Assembly (NCBI GenBank): GCA_037143335.1
Contig: JBAWZA010000012.1
Span: 7,108 to 71,107 of the forward strand
DNA: 64,000 nt
Direction: 5' to 3'
DNA from: a bacterium
GTDB taxonomy: Bacteria; Bacteroidota; Ignavibacteria; Palsa-1295
The notes under the pieces are model-generated. The model saw nothing but the letters and a program-made list of their open reading frames with translations. It had not been told where the DNA came from and searched no databases. The translations under genes were made by a program, and so were the position numbers. Positions within the stretch are counted from its first letter, which is position 1. Every line of letters starts with the position of its first letter. This document shows positions 10,317-22,657 of the stretch, in pieces.

Positions 10317-12451
10317 TGCCCCGTCTCTTTCCACAAAAAAGTCGCTCAAATCTATTGAAGAATCCAAAACTATTTGTGAAACAGGTATCACAATTCTCTC
10401 CTCGTTTCGGCAGAGCTGCCTCAAGTATGGCATTCATGCTTGTTTTCTTGGTTACGACTTTCGGAATTTCTTTTGCTCAGCCTTCGAAAGATGCGCTCAA
10501 GGCCGCACGGGCAGGCTATGAATTCGAGCAGGAGAATAAATTTGCCGAAGCGTTATTCGAATATAACAAAGCCATCGCGGCTGATTCAAAATATCCTTAT
10601 CCACTTGAGCGAATCGGTGCGATGTACCAACGCTTGCGCAATTACCCGCAAGCGATTGGGTTTCTTCGGCGCGCGATTAAGTTAGATTCCAATTTTGACG
10701 ACTACAATTATTACAACCTTGCTGTCTGTTATAAAAATACACAAAAGAATGACTCCGCGGTTATCTACTTCCGAACCTTTCTCGCTCGAATGAAGCCGAT
10801 ATTGGCAGAGGACTCTGCGGCTATGCGCGATGCAAAGACATTGGTCACTTTTGCTGAACAGTGCGCGACGCTCCGTGCCAAAGAAAAAAATACGGACGAG
10901 CCTATACGCATTAAGGGCGATATCAACACTGCATACGACGACTTTTCACCCGCAGTTACGGCTGATGGCAAGACGATGTACTTTACTTCACGCCGAGCTT
11001 CGACGAATGCAAAAATCTACGCCGAAACAAAGGACTACGGAGACGACATTTTTTATACTAAGCGAGAAGTAGCAGGGTGGAGCAGACCGCTTGCCTTACC
11101 ACCACCAATTAATTCGAAAGATGATGAAGGTGCGATCTCGATTAGCCCCGATGGCCAGACTGTCTATTATTCACTCTGTCGCCGAGCCGATGGTTATGGT
11201 GACTGCGATCTCTATTCGTCAGATTTGAACGGGACGACATGGAGCGCACCGAAAAACTTAGGCTCTTCGATCAATTCATCTCAATGGGATGGACAGCCGT
11301 CTGTTTCGCCAGATGGATTTACGATGTATTTTTCGAGCCGTCGGTTTGGTTCGATTGATGGCTCGGAAGATATTTGGGTTTCGTACAAAGGCACAGATGG
11401 GGTATGGGGAAAGCCAGTTAATTTGGGAGCGCCTATAAATACCGGAGCCAGCGAACGCACCCCATACATTGCAATTGATGGCAAGACATTGTATTTTTCA
11501 TCAACAGGTCACCCTGGTTTTGGTGGGCATGATTTATTTATGAGCCGAAAAAATGCGGACGGGACATGGAGTGAGCCTATCAACCTCGGAGCGCCTATCA
11601 ACTCCTCTGGCGATGATGAATTCTTAACGATACCTGCAAAAGCCGATAAAATATTTTATGCAAGTCAGCGTGAGGCATTGAAGGGAAGTTTGGATATTTT
11701 CGAAGCGATACTCCCCAAAAATCTTCGCCCACAACCTGTCACACTCATCACAGGCAAAGTAGTTGATGCGAAAACGAAAGCACCTCTCGGCGCTAAGATA
11801 GAAGTAACTGATCTTACCAAAGACCAACTGCTCTCAGAAAGTAAATCGAATAGCGAAACCGGCGAGTTCCAAATTCCACTTTCCGAAGGAAAAAATTACG
11901 GCATTACTGCTTCGGCACTACATTACGCATTTTTCTCGAATAATTATTCCGTCCCCGACTCGGCACAATATAAAGAGATTCATTATGAAATCGCACTGAC
12001 TCGCATTGATAACGAAGTGCCACTCCTGACACATGCACCGAATGATAAACCTGATACTGGAGTAAAGAATCCTCTCTCGGTTCCGACGCAAGTTACAGAG
12101 AGTCCAATCGTGATACCGCTGAATAATATCTTCTTTGATTTTAATAAGGCAACATTGAGGAATGAATCAGTTACCGAGTTGCGCCACCTCATAAAATTTC
12201 TCCAAGAGAATTCCAAACTGCATATTGAAATAGGCGGGCATACCGATAGTGTAGGAACGACGGATGTCAACCGGAAGCTCTCACAAGATAGAGCGAACTC
12301 TGTTGCGGAGTACCTTACAACGCACGGCATCCCGACAGTTCGCATTACCGCCAAAGGGTACGGTGCATCGAAGCCTGTTGCTCCGAATGATTCAGAAGAA
12401 GGTCGTCAAAAAAATCGCAGAACAGAATTCAGCATTATTAAACATTCGTAG
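10313..12451 (+). CDS. PorE-like TPR + PD40 + carboxypeptidase-regulatory-like + OmpA protein
   Basis: TPR helices, four to five PD40 repeats, NNIFFDFNK, GHTDSVG..LSQDRA, NRRTEF. True start may be GTG 10376 or ATG 10427. Confidence 0.88.
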   Translation: MMPRLFPQKSRSNLLKNPKLFVKQVSQFSPRFGRAASSMAFMLVFLVTTFGISFAQPSKDALKAARAGYEFEQENKFAEALFEYNKAIAADSKYPYPLERIGAMYQRLRNYPQAIGFLRRAIKLDSNFDDYNYYNLAVCYKNTQKNDSAVIYFRTFLARMKPILAEDSAAMRDAKTLVTFAEQCATLRAKEKNTDEPIRIKGDINTAYDDFSPAVTADGKTMYFTSRRASTNAKIYAETKDYGDDIFYTKREVAGWSRPLALPPPINSKDDEGAISISPDGQTVYYSLCRRADGYGDCDLYSSDLNGTTWSAPKNLGSSINSSQWDGQPSVSPDGFTMYFSSRRFGSIDGSEDIWVSYKGTDGVWGKPVNLGAPINTGASERTPYIAIDGKTLYFSSTGHPGFGGHDLFMSRKNADGTWSEPINLGAPINSSGDDEFLTIPAKADKIFYASQREALKGSLDIFEAILPKNLRPQPVTLITGKVVDAKTKAPLGAKIEVTDLTKDQLLSESKSNSETGEFQIPLSEGKNYGITASALHYAFFSNNYSVPDSAQYKEIHYEIALTRIDNEVPLLTHAPNDKPDTGVKNPLSVPTQVTESPIVIPLNNIFFDFNKATLRNESVTELRHLIKFLQENSKLHIEIGGHTDSVGTTDVNRKLSQDRANSVAEYLTTHGIPTVRITAKGYGASKPVAPNDSEEGRQKNRRTEFSIIKHS

Positions 12452-12462
12452 GCATCGTTGTT

Positions 12463-13053
12463 ATGGCTGGCAAGATTGGAATTTTCGGCGGAGCTTTTGA
12501 CCCACCACACATTGGGCACTTGATCGAGGCAGAATTTGCGGCAGAAGAACTTGGCTTAGATAAACTCCTCTTCATTCCAACTGGCGAGCATCCGCTAAAA
12601 GCAAATGAAGTGATGTCATCAGCCCAGCACCGCTATGAGATGACAAGGCTTGCGATTGAGGGCAATCCGCCCTTTGAGCTATCAGATATTGAAATAAAGC
12701 GCGAAGGGAAGTCATACACGATCAACACCATCGAGCAAGTGAAGAAACTCTACAATCCCGATGAATTATTTTTACTGGTCGGAATTGATAATGTAGAGAT
12801 ATTTACGAAGTGGCACAGAGTTGACGAAATATTAAATTCGTGTAAGGTAGTGGTACTTTCTCGAATGATCAGCGATGAATTTGTTCTCTCACCAGCAATA
12901 CTTGAGAAAGTGACGATTCTCGATTCTCCGATCATCGAAGTATCTTCGACGGAAATCCGGGAGTTGCGCGCCGAAGATTTAAGCATCCGATACCTTGTGC
13001 CGGAATCAGTTCGGGACTATATCATTGCTCAAAATCTTTACCACTCAAGCTGA
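12463..13053 (+). CDS. nadD: Nicotinate-nucleotide adenylyltransferase
   Basis: GIFGGAFDPPHIGH, SYTINT, VSSTEIR, YLVPESV. Confidence 0.95.
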   Translation: MAGKIGIFGGAFDPPHIGHLIEAEFAAEELGLDKLLFIPTGEHPLKANEVMSSAQHRYEMTRLAIEGNPPFELSDIEIKREGKSYTINTIEQVKKLYNPDELFLLVGIDNVEIFTKWHRVDEILNSCKVVVLSRMISDEFVLSPAILEKVTILDSPIIEVSSTEIRELRAEDLSIRYLVPESVRDYIIAQNLYHSS

Positions 13054-16000
13054 AATTATTTTCTGATTTGGCTGTAGCTGCGTGAGTATCTCTTCGATTT
13101 CGCTCCATCTTTTTTTGAAATCGGTTGCAAGTAACTTTACGATGATTCGTAATTTTTTGCCTTCACTTAATAAACGAACTCTATTTGATCCGATAGCCTC
13201 GAATCTATCAATGAGTTGAGGAAAAAACTGTTGGTAGTAATCCGATTGATCTTCCGCTGGCAAAGAAATACGGAGAGTACGAGTTGCTTCTTCGAACAGA
13301 ACGCTTCTGAATCCCAGCGTCTGAGCAAGAAAACGGATGTGTGCAATTGCCCCTAAATTTGTTGTCTCCTCAGGAATAGCACCGAACCGGTCTTGGAGCT
13401 CCTTGTAGATATCCTCGATCTGTTGTTTTGAGGTTGCAGAGGCAAAACGTTGGTAAAAACCAAATCGCTCGGAATCATCTTCGACATAGTGTTCAGGGAT
13501 GAGAGCATCAACTCCAAGTGAGATTGTTGTTCCGTCTGACTCGGTCGTTTTTTTCCGGATGAAGGCATTTCGTGAAGAATTGAGTGGTTGATCTTTGAAT
13601 AAATCCTTAAATTCCTCCTCTTTCAATTCATCAACAGCTTCAGCCAATGTTTTTTGGAAAAGTTCGAACCCGATTTCATTAATAAAACCAGATTGCTCGG
13701 CGCCGAGTAAATTACCTGCTCCTCGAATCTCGAGATCGCGCATCGCAAGCTGGAATCCAGCTCCCAACTCAGAGAATTCCTCCATTGCCTCTAAGCGGCG
13801 TAGAGCGTCTTTCGATAATTGTTTGATTGGAGGGGTGACAAGGTAACAGTATGCCTGCTCATTGGATCTGCCGACTCTGCCGCGAAGTTGATAGAGTTCT
13901 GCCAATCCAAAATTATTCGCTCGATTGATGATAATTGTATTTGCGTTCGGCACGTCAAGCCCCGATTCAACGATTTTGGTTGCACACAGTATGTCAATTT
14001 TGCGCTCCAGAAAATCGCGCATGACTTTTTCAATTGCAGTCGGGCTGAGCTGTCCGTGAACGATACCCGTTCGTGCTCTTGGCGCAAGTTCTCGAAGGCG
14101 AAGCGCGAATATTTCAATATCCATCACCTTGTCGTTGATTGCATAGATCTGTCCGCCTCGTTCCATTTCGCGTGCGATTGCTTTTCTGATGGTGTCAGTG
14201 TTGAACTCGGTGAGTATCTCGGTGATAATCGGTAAGCGATTCTTCGGCGGAGTTTCGATCACTGATAAATCTCTCGCCCCGAGCAATGAGAAATTAAGCG
14301 TGCGAGGTATTGGAGTCGCAGTAAGAGTGAGGGTATCTACCGTTGCACGAAGCTCGCGAAGTTTTTCTTTTGCGCCAACTCCGAAGCGGTGTTCTTCGTC
14401 AATGATGAGCAAACCAAGATCTTTGAATAAGACATCTTTCGAAAGAATACGGTGTGTGCCGATGAGCACATCTATTTTACCTTCCCCAAGTTTTACAAGT
14501 GTTTCTTTTTGTAATGCTCCTGTCTTGAACCTTGATATTGATGAAACCGAGACTCCGAATCTCTCGAGCCTATCTTTGAATGATCGCTCGTGTTGTTCGG
14601 CAAGAATCGTTGTCGGTACCAACACTGCAACTTGCTTCTTATCTAAGGTTGCCTTCATCGCGGCGCGCATTGCTATCTCAGTCTTGCCGTAGCCAACGTC
14701 ACCGCAGATCAGTCTGTCCATCGGTGCGCCAGATTCCATATCTCGCTTCAAATCATCGGTCGCTTTTGCTTGGTCAGGAGTGTCTTCGTAAAGAAATGCA
14801 GCTTCCATCTCGCGTTGGATGATGTCATCTTTCGAGAAGACGAATCCCTCCATTTTTTTCCGTTTGGAATAAATGGTAATTAGATTCCGTGCAATGTCCT
14901 TAAGCCTGCGTTTTGTTTTCTCTTTTGTTCGTTGCCACTCCGCTGAGCCAAGTTTGGATAATTTTATACTTTCGGTATCCACTTCCGTTGCCGAGTAGCG
15001 CGATAATTTTGTGATGTAGTCCAGATTCACAAACAAGATGTCGTTATCGCGGTAATTCAATCGCACAACTTCTTGTTTCGCTCCGCGAACATCAATGGTA
15101 TCAAGTCCCATAAACTTACCAATACCTTTATCCTCATGCACTAAAAGGTCGCCACGCTTTAAGGTGCGCAATTCTCGGAGTGAAATTCCTTTTGTCCGCG
15201 ATGCACGTTTCGTGCTCGCTGCCCCACGATCTCGACGACGACCGAATAGTTTGTGCTCGGTCAAAATTATCACCTGTGCGCTTGGCGGTAAGAGAAAGCC
15301 ATGAGCTAGTGCTGGTATAACGTATTGAATGGAGCCTTTCCGTACTGTTGGAGTGGAATCAAATTCAAACGAACGGCTTTCGATTTCTTCTTCGGATATT
15401 TCTTTATCCTTTGTTAGCAAGTCCTCCATTCGGGACATTAACTCTTTTGTTTCCGAGAGAATGATTACGTGATTCTCGTTTTTTACGAATTGTTCAATCT
15501 CTTGCCGAATGACTTTCAGGTTTGCATTGTAACTGGGTTGTCGCTTCGCTTCAAAGTCAATGAAAGGCATTTCGGAATTCGGAAAGTTCGTTACATGAAA
15601 CGCCGTTAATTCATCGAGTTTAGCACCTATAACGGATTGTGATTCTTCAAAAATCGGTTGGATAAGTTCAGGCTCAAACTGGACAACGATCGAGTCTTTA
15701 TCAAAATAATCTAACAACTGAGAATCACGAATGATATAATCAGACTCAAGCGCATTCGGTACTAGCGATAGCTCCTGTCGATGTGCGATAGAGCGTTGGC
15801 TGATCGAGTCAAACTCACGAATAGACTCGATGGTATCGCCAAAGAATTCGATCCGAAATGGTACAGAATCAGTGTACGGAAAAACATCGATAATCCCTCC
15901 GCGCGTTGCGAAATCTCCTGATGTCTCAACAAAACTCTTATCATCGAAGCGGTGCTCGCGCAACCACAACATAAAGTAATCATAGCCGATGGTTTCACCA

Positions 16001-16458
16001 ACTTTGAGTGTGAGTGTTTCTTTCGCGAGCGTTGAAGCTTGGGGAAGAGGAATCAAAAGCGTCTCGGCATCAGCCAAAATAATTTTTGGTGATTTGCTCT
16101 GAGTTAGTCTTTCGATGGCTTCAAGAATTTGTGAGTCATTATCAGAGAATGTTGTTTTCTTATGAAGCTCCTGCTTGATGCTGGATTGATGTGCGACAGT
16201 TGAAAAGAGAACTAAATTATCCTCCCCTAATAATTTTGCCAGGTCATCGAATGCGCGTTCAGCGGACTTAGCATCCACAAAAATAAGAGAAAGTTGACGC
16301 TTGGACTCGATAAATAAATTTGCGAATACAAACATATCCAGCGACGCGGGCAAGCCAGAGAGGTTGTAGATTTTTCCAGTATCCAACGCATTCCGAATCT
16401 CTCGCAGTGGTGGAAAAGAACCGATAGATTGGAGAAGAGATTTATATAATGGGGTCAT
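13045..16458 (-). CDS. mfd: Transcription-repair coupling factor
   Basis: UvrB-like RGGIIDVFP, CarD-like VHEDKGIGKF, GDVGYGKTE, DEEHRFGV, QLRGRVGRS, TRCF C-terminus. Confidence 0.97.
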   Translation of the reverse strand: MTPLYKSLLQSIGSFPPLREIRNALDTGKIYNLSGLPASLDMFVFANLFIESKRQLSLIFVDAKSAERAFDDLAKLLGEDNLVLFSTVAHQSSIKQELHKKTTFSDNDSQILEAIERLTQSKSPKIILADAETLLIPLPQASTLAKETLTLKVGETIGYDYFMLWLREHRFDDKSFVETSGDFATRGGIIDVFPYTDSVPFRIEFFGDTIESIREFDSISQRSIAHRQELSLVPNALESDYIIRDSQLLDYFDKDSIVVQFEPELIQPIFEESQSVIGAKLDELTAFHVTNFPNSEMPFIDFEAKRQPSYNANLKVIRQEIEQFVKNENHVIILSETKELMSRMEDLLTKDKEISEEEIESRSFEFDSTPTVRKGSIQYVIPALAHGFLLPPSAQVIILTEHKLFGRRRDRGAASTKRASRTKGISLRELRTLKRGDLLVHEDKGIGKFMGLDTIDVRGAKQEVVRLNYRDNDILFVNLDYITKLSRYSATEVDTESIKLSKLGSAEWQRTKEKTKRRLKDIARNLITIYSKRKKMEGFVFSKDDIIQREMEAAFLYEDTPDQAKATDDLKRDMESGAPMDRLICGDVGYGKTEIAMRAAMKATLDKKQVAVLVPTTILAEQHERSFKDRLERFGVSVSSISRFKTGALQKETLVKLGEGKIDVLIGTHRILSKDVLFKDLGLLIIDEEHRFGVGAKEKLRELRATVDTLTLTATPIPRTLNFSLLGARDLSVIETPPKNRLPIITEILTEFNTDTIRKAIAREMERGGQIYAINDKVMDIEIFALRLRELAPRARTGIVHGQLSPTAIEKVMRDFLERKIDILCATKIVESGLDVPNANTIIINRANNFGLAELYQLRGRVGRSNEQAYCYLVTPPIKQLSKDALRRLEAMEEFSELGAGFQLAMRDLEIRGAGNLLGAEQSGFINEIGFELFQKTLAEAVDELKEEEFKDLFKDQPLNSSRNAFIRKKTTESDGTTISLGVDALIPEHYVEDDSERFGFYQRFASATSKQQIEDIYKELQDRFGAIPEETTNLGAIAHIRFLAQTLGFRSVLFEEATRTLRISLPAEDQSDYYQQFFPQLIDRFEAIGSNRVRLLSEGKKLRIIVKLLATDFKKRWSEIEEILTQLQPNQKIISA

Positions 16459-16482
16459 ATTTTATAGAAAGCACGAAACGCC

Positions 16483-16518
16483 CAAAAGGCACGGGCGGAT
16501 AAAAAAATCCTCCCGTGC
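16483..16518 (-). terminator. Probable intrinsic terminator or hairpin between the membrane-protein gene and mfd
   Basis: Minus strand GCACGGGAGGAT-TTTTTT-ATCCGCCCGTGC (1 mismatch) followed by CTTTTG. Confidence 0.5.
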
Positions 16519-16574
16519 ACTTGTGGGTACAGCCCCCTAAACAGTTTGTCGGCGGACTAAAATCCTCTGGAAAA

Positions 16575-17744
16575 TTATTGTCCTTCTGGAAGGAGTGAAC
16601 TGGTGTTGATCGTTTCTTCAGGTGGATAGTCGAGCGATCCCTCCTTCCGAGTCCTGAGGTCGTAGTAAAATGTTGTTGTGAAAACATCCCATAGCGACGC
16701 GAAGATTGAACCAGAGATCAAACCAAAAATCAGGTACTTAAGAATGGTGCTATCTAAAATAGCTAAAGCATTAGTGAGGCTGAGCTTGTCGTTGAGATAA
16801 TCCACAATCCAATTGAAATTATCTGCCGCTATCAAATTTATCGGTAGCTGTCCAATTGTTTCTAAAATATAAACCAACAGCGTGGCTACAATTGCATAGC
16901 CGACTATTCTCCAGAAATTTCCGACTGATAATCCGAAACTTCTGTTGAGTCCCTCTAAGGGGCCAAGTTCCTCACTTACCAGTGCTATCCCACGGAATAG
17001 AAGTCGTACAGCTGAAATCAAAACTAGTCCAAAGCAGGGTAACAGCAACAATACTATGAGAAGAGGAGAAATCAAAAGTGAGAGTCCAACAACTAAGCCA
17101 AGCACTGTGCAAAGAGAAAGCACGAAGATAATGTCTTGAGTAATCAACAACCACATGTATTTCGAGAGCGATTTTTTAAGTATTTCACTCAATTTCGCAG
17201 AACGCTCCTCGTATGCACGAGAGCTCAGATCAAAAATGGCACCTCGAAGTGCGTAAATGCCAAGAATGAGTAGTACGAAACCAATACCTACGATGATAAG
17301 ACTCGACATGAGTTTTGAAAATAGCCAATCCCAAATAGTCTTACCCGAGTGCGAGGTGAATTTTTGGTTGATCTGCTCAAGTCTATTTTTGATTAACAAT
17401 TGTCCCGAATCCGGGTAGCGATTTGCTGCAGTCTTTCGCGCTGAGTCAATCGCGGTGAACACCTCGCTATAGAGGAGGCGATATATTGATAAGCTCGACC
17501 CCCGAGTGGAGTCCAAAAGAAAATAATCTTTGATGAGCGTTGGTGTCGTTGGATCGGTGACTGTCATTTCATGAACCCTATCCCGAACGTCGCTAATAAG
17601 GTTCGATGCACCAAAATACATGACTACTTCGCCGGGGATAGTAAAAATCGCGTAGAGAAGAGCAACTTGCCAAAATATTTTCTTAATGATGCGAGCAGAC
17701 TCCGTAAACAAGCCGCCTAACTCAAGTTCTCTCGATGGTATCAT
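16575..17744 (-). CDS. Hypothetical integral membrane protein (GPDPase-membrane-domain-like)
   Basis: Six to seven TM segments; N-terminal ELELGGLFTESARI, GPLEGLNRSFGL..GNFWRI, C-terminal YYDLRTRKEG. Confidence 0.7.
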   Translation of the reverse strand: MIPSRELELGGLFTESARIIKKIFWQVALLYAIFTIPGEVVMYFGASNLISDVRDRVHEMTVTDPTTPTLIKDYFLLDSTRGSSLSIYRLLYSEVFTAIDSARKTAANRYPDSGQLLIKNRLEQINQKFTSHSGKTIWDWLFSKLMSSLIIVGIGFVLLILGIYALRGAIFDLSSRAYEERSAKLSEILKKSLSKYMWLLITQDIIFVLSLCTVLGLVVGLSLLISPLLIVLLLLPCFGLVLISAVRLLFRGIALVSEELGPLEGLNRSFGLSVGNFWRIVGYAIVATLLVYILETIGQLPINLIAADNFNWIVDYLNDKLSLTNALAILDSTILKYLIFGLISGSIFASLWDVFTTTFYYDLRTRKEGSLDYPPEETINTSSLLPEGQ

Positions 17745-17792
17745 GGTTGTCTAAGTGCGATGAAGATAACGCTGAATGTTGTTTCCTTTTGC

Positions 17793-19823
<2,031 letters not shown>

Positions 19824-21131
19824 TTACTGCGGAAGTAGTGGCTTCGCCGGAGAGATGGTCGGATTGGTGTATGGTGCTTTCTGCGGTTTCTTCTTTTTCG
19901 GAGCTACCTTGTGTGTCGCTTTTATTGGAATCGGCTTTGCGACTTTTTTCTTCCCCATATGTGGATGCGCCTTCGGTTTCTCGGATGGGGCGACACTTAT
20001 CTTCCCTCGTTCAAGAATAGCGTTACGCACAACCATACTTGATCCTGCGATTGTCGGTACGTTTGTCACGGGCTTCCCATCCAAGGTCATCCTGACTGAT
20101 TTAAGATTTCCTAAGAATAGAAAATATTTGTCTTTTGCCGAAAATGTTTTCGTCTCGCCTTTTGCAAGCTTACCTCGAAAGCCCTTGCCAACGTCGGGTG
20201 AGACCGATACCCAAACAGAATCATTTGCGGTAATCGTAAAGATGAGTGAATCTGAAGAAGTTGGTACAATCGCAGCAGTCAGGACAGAATCTTTTTTAGG
20301 CTGTATGATGGGCTTAGGCTTTGCTGCTTCAGTTTTTATAACTTGCTTTGGCTCAGGCTCGGCGATGGATTGCGGAGCATTTGATTTTTTTGTAAATATA
20401 GAATACCCGACAATTGAGGCGATAACAACTAATAAGCCTACAATTGTCTTTGTAGCTCGCGAAAGACCTGGGTGGTCATCGGAGTCATCATTATCTTTGA
20501 TGTAGTCATCGCTGTAGGTATCGGTATTCGGCGTCTCAGTAATTGCAACTCTGCGGGAACGTCTGCTCTCTCTTGGAACAGTAGCTTCGGTCTCCTCTTC
20601 GATAGTTGAAGGCTCTTCGGGTGTAGACGGGGCGACAGTTTTGCGTCTAACTTGAATCCTCGTTTCATCCGAGACAGGATCGCGCTTGCCGAGTCGTTCA
20701 TTCCGAACTTCATTTGCTTCTTGCCAGAGATCGCGTGAGGTTATTTCTTCGACAGCGTCTTTTACACCTTCTTCAACAATTTTGAACGCCGACTCCGTAG
20801 TCCGTACTGCCGACTGAGTCACTTTTTTCGCAACATCCGGAACAGCTGAAACTGCTGAGGAGATTAAGCCTTCACGTTCAGGCACAGGGATTTCGGGAGA
20901 GAGCGAGTCGAGTTTGAGTCCGAGAAATTTTACGTACTCACTAATAAATGCCTTTCGGTAAGGGTCAGGTGGAAGCGGACGAAGATCTCCGGCCTCCATG
21001 CTTTCAATAAAATGAGGATTGAGCCGGAGTTTGGCGGCAACATCGGCAACGCTCAAACTACGGGCTTCGCGAGCCTCACGTAGTTTTCGCCCCGCTTCCG
21101 GCGTAAGAATTTCAGCTATAGTTCGAGCCAC
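19824..21131 (-). CDS. rodZ: RodZ-like protein (HTH_25 - TM - DUF4115)
   Basis: GRKLREAREARSLS...VAAKLRL HTH, a single TM helix, C-terminal SVWVSV...LGN...V.MTLDGK domain. Confidence 0.75.
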   Translation of the reverse strand: MARTIAEILTPEAGRKLREAREARSLSVADVAAKLRLNPHFIESMEAGDLRPLPPDPYRKAFISEYVKFLGLKLDSLSPEIPVPEREGLISSAVSAVPDVAKKVTQSAVRTTESAFKIVEEGVKDAVEEITSRDLWQEANEVRNERLGKRDPVSDETRIQVRRKTVAPSTPEEPSTIEEETEATVPRESRRSRRVAITETPNTDTYSDDYIKDNDDSDDHPGLSRATKTIVGLLVVIASIVGYSIFTKKSNAPQSIAEPEPKQVIKTEAAKPKPIIQPKKDSVLTAAIVPTSSDSLIFTITANDSVWVSVSPDVGKGFRGKLAKGETKTFSAKDKYFLFLGNLKSVRMTLDGKPVTNVPTIAGSSMVVRNAILERGKISVAPSEKPKAHPHMGKKKVAKPIPIKATHKVAPKKKKPQKAPYTNPTISPAKPLLPQ

Positions 21132-21228
21132 TCCGAATCAATGATAATCAGATAAGTGGGGGCACTACTGCAACGTAATTAAGGTGCAAGTTGGTTCGGA
21201 GCGTTCTCAATTGAAAGCAGAAAGCTGA

Positions 21229-22578
21229 CTATGACCCGAGGCCCTGAGGCATATTCGCCATCATGTCTCGCATCTGCTTCGAGATTTTCCCTTTCGAGAG
21301 CTTCTTCATCATCTTCTGCATCTCCGTGAATTGCTTGATCAAACGGTTGATCTCAACAACAGTTGTTCCCGAACCCCTGGCAATTCGCTCGCGACGAGAA
21401 GCATTCAAGATCTGCGGAAAAGTACGCTCTTCAACAGTCATCGAAGTAATCATGGACTCGATTCGCGTGAATGACTTATCATCAATGTTTGCATCTTTTA
21501 ATGCCGCAGCATTCACTCCTGGAATATATCCGATAAGATCTTTGAGTGAGCCCATTTTCTTGATCTGTTGTAGTTGCTCCCGGAAGTCATCGAGAGTGAA
21601 TTCATTCTTCCGAAGTTTTTCCTCGACCTTCTTCGCATCCTCATCAGAAATTTGTGCCTGAGCTTTTTCAACAAGTGTGACAATGTCACCCATGCCGAGA
21701 ATACGAGATGCCATTCTATCAGGATAAAATGCTTCAAGTGCTTCGAGCTTCTCGCCTGTCGAGATAAATTTGATGGGCTCCTCGACGACTGAGCGAATAG
21801 AGAGTGCTGCACCACCTCGGGCATCACCATCCATCTTTGTCATCACGACGCCATCGAATTTCAACCGGTCGTGGAAAGCCTTTGCAGTATTGACTGCATC
21901 TTGCCCCGTCATGGCATCGCAGACGAAAAGAATTTCGTTCGGCTTGACCGATGCCTTGATGTCCGCGACCTCTTTCATCATCACCTCATCAATAGAGAGG
22001 CGACCAGCGGTATCAATGATTACGACATCGAAGCCTTTTGATTTGGCATCATAAATTCCGCGCTCGGCAATCGTTACGGCATTCTTTTCGCCAGCAATGG
22101 TAAAAACAGGAACATCAATTTGAGAGCCAAGTAATTGAAGCTGTTCGATCGCAGCTGGTCGATAGATATCTGCCGCGATGAGATATGGACGTTTATTCCG
22201 ATTCTTAAGTAAATTCGATAACTTCGCAGTAAATGTGGTTTTACCTGATCCCTGCAAACCGCAGACCATAATAATCGTTGGCGGTTCCGTAGAGAACTGG
22301 ATGTCTTGGGCGGGTCCGCCCATCATCACGACAAGTTCATCGTAGAGAATCTTGATGAACTGCTGTTCAGGGTTGACAGATTTGAGGACGTCTGCTCCGA
22401 CAGCTTTTGCCTGAACATCGTCAACAAATTTCTTTGCTACTTTGTAGTTAACGTCGGCATCAAGGAGGGCGCGGCGGACTTCACGGACGGCTTCGGTTAC
22501 ATTGGATTCGCTGAGGCGTGCCTGACCGCGAATCTTCTTATATAATCCCTCGAATTTGGAACTGAGATCTTCAAACAT
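21229..22578 (-). CDS. ffh: Signal recognition particle protein
   Basis: MFEDLS..., GLQGSGKTT, DTAGR, TKMDGDARGG, RILGMGD, Met-rich M domain. Start at ATG 22578. Confidence 0.97.
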   Translation of the reverse strand: MFEDLSSKFEGLYKKIRGQARLSESNVTEAVREVRRALLDADVNYKVAKKFVDDVQAKAVGADVLKSVNPEQQFIKILYDELVVMMGGPAQDIQFSTEPPTIIMVCGLQGSGKTTFTAKLSNLLKNRNKRPYLIAADIYRPAAIEQLQLLGSQIDVPVFTIAGEKNAVTIAERGIYDAKSKGFDVVIIDTAGRLSIDEVMMKEVADIKASVKPNEILFVCDAMTGQDAVNTAKAFHDRLKFDGVVMTKMDGDARGGAALSIRSVVEEPIKFISTGEKLEALEAFYPDRMASRILGMGDIVTLVEKAQAQISDEDAKKVEEKLRKNEFTLDDFREQLQQIKKMGSLKDLIGYIPGVNAAALKDANIDDKSFTRIESMITSMTVEERTFPQILNASRRERIARGSGTTVVEINRLIKQFTEMQKMMKKLSKGKISKQMRDMMANMPQGLGS

Positions 22579-22585
22579 ATTAGTG

Positions 22586-22657
22586 TGACCCCTACGGGAT
22601 TCGAACCCGTGCAACCACCGTGAAAGGGTGGTGACCTAACCACTAGTCGAAGGGGCC
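22586..22657 (-). tRNA. tRNA-Glu (TTC)
   Basis: Minus strand GGCCCCTTCGACTAGTGGTTAGGTCACCACCCTTTCACGGTGGTTGCACGGGTTCGAATCCCGTAGGGGTCA; full cloverleaf, CCA not encoded. Confidence 0.96.

Noticed and set aside
19855-20505. 216-aa antisense ORF, and similar shadow ORFs such as 54392..54934, 24244..24768 and 9164..9676
   Set aside because: They lie entirely opposite well-supported genes and have no recognisable motifs.
22579-22614. N-terminal extension of ffh in the ORF track
   Set aside because: It overlaps tRNA-Glu; the conserved Ffh start MFEDL is at 22578.
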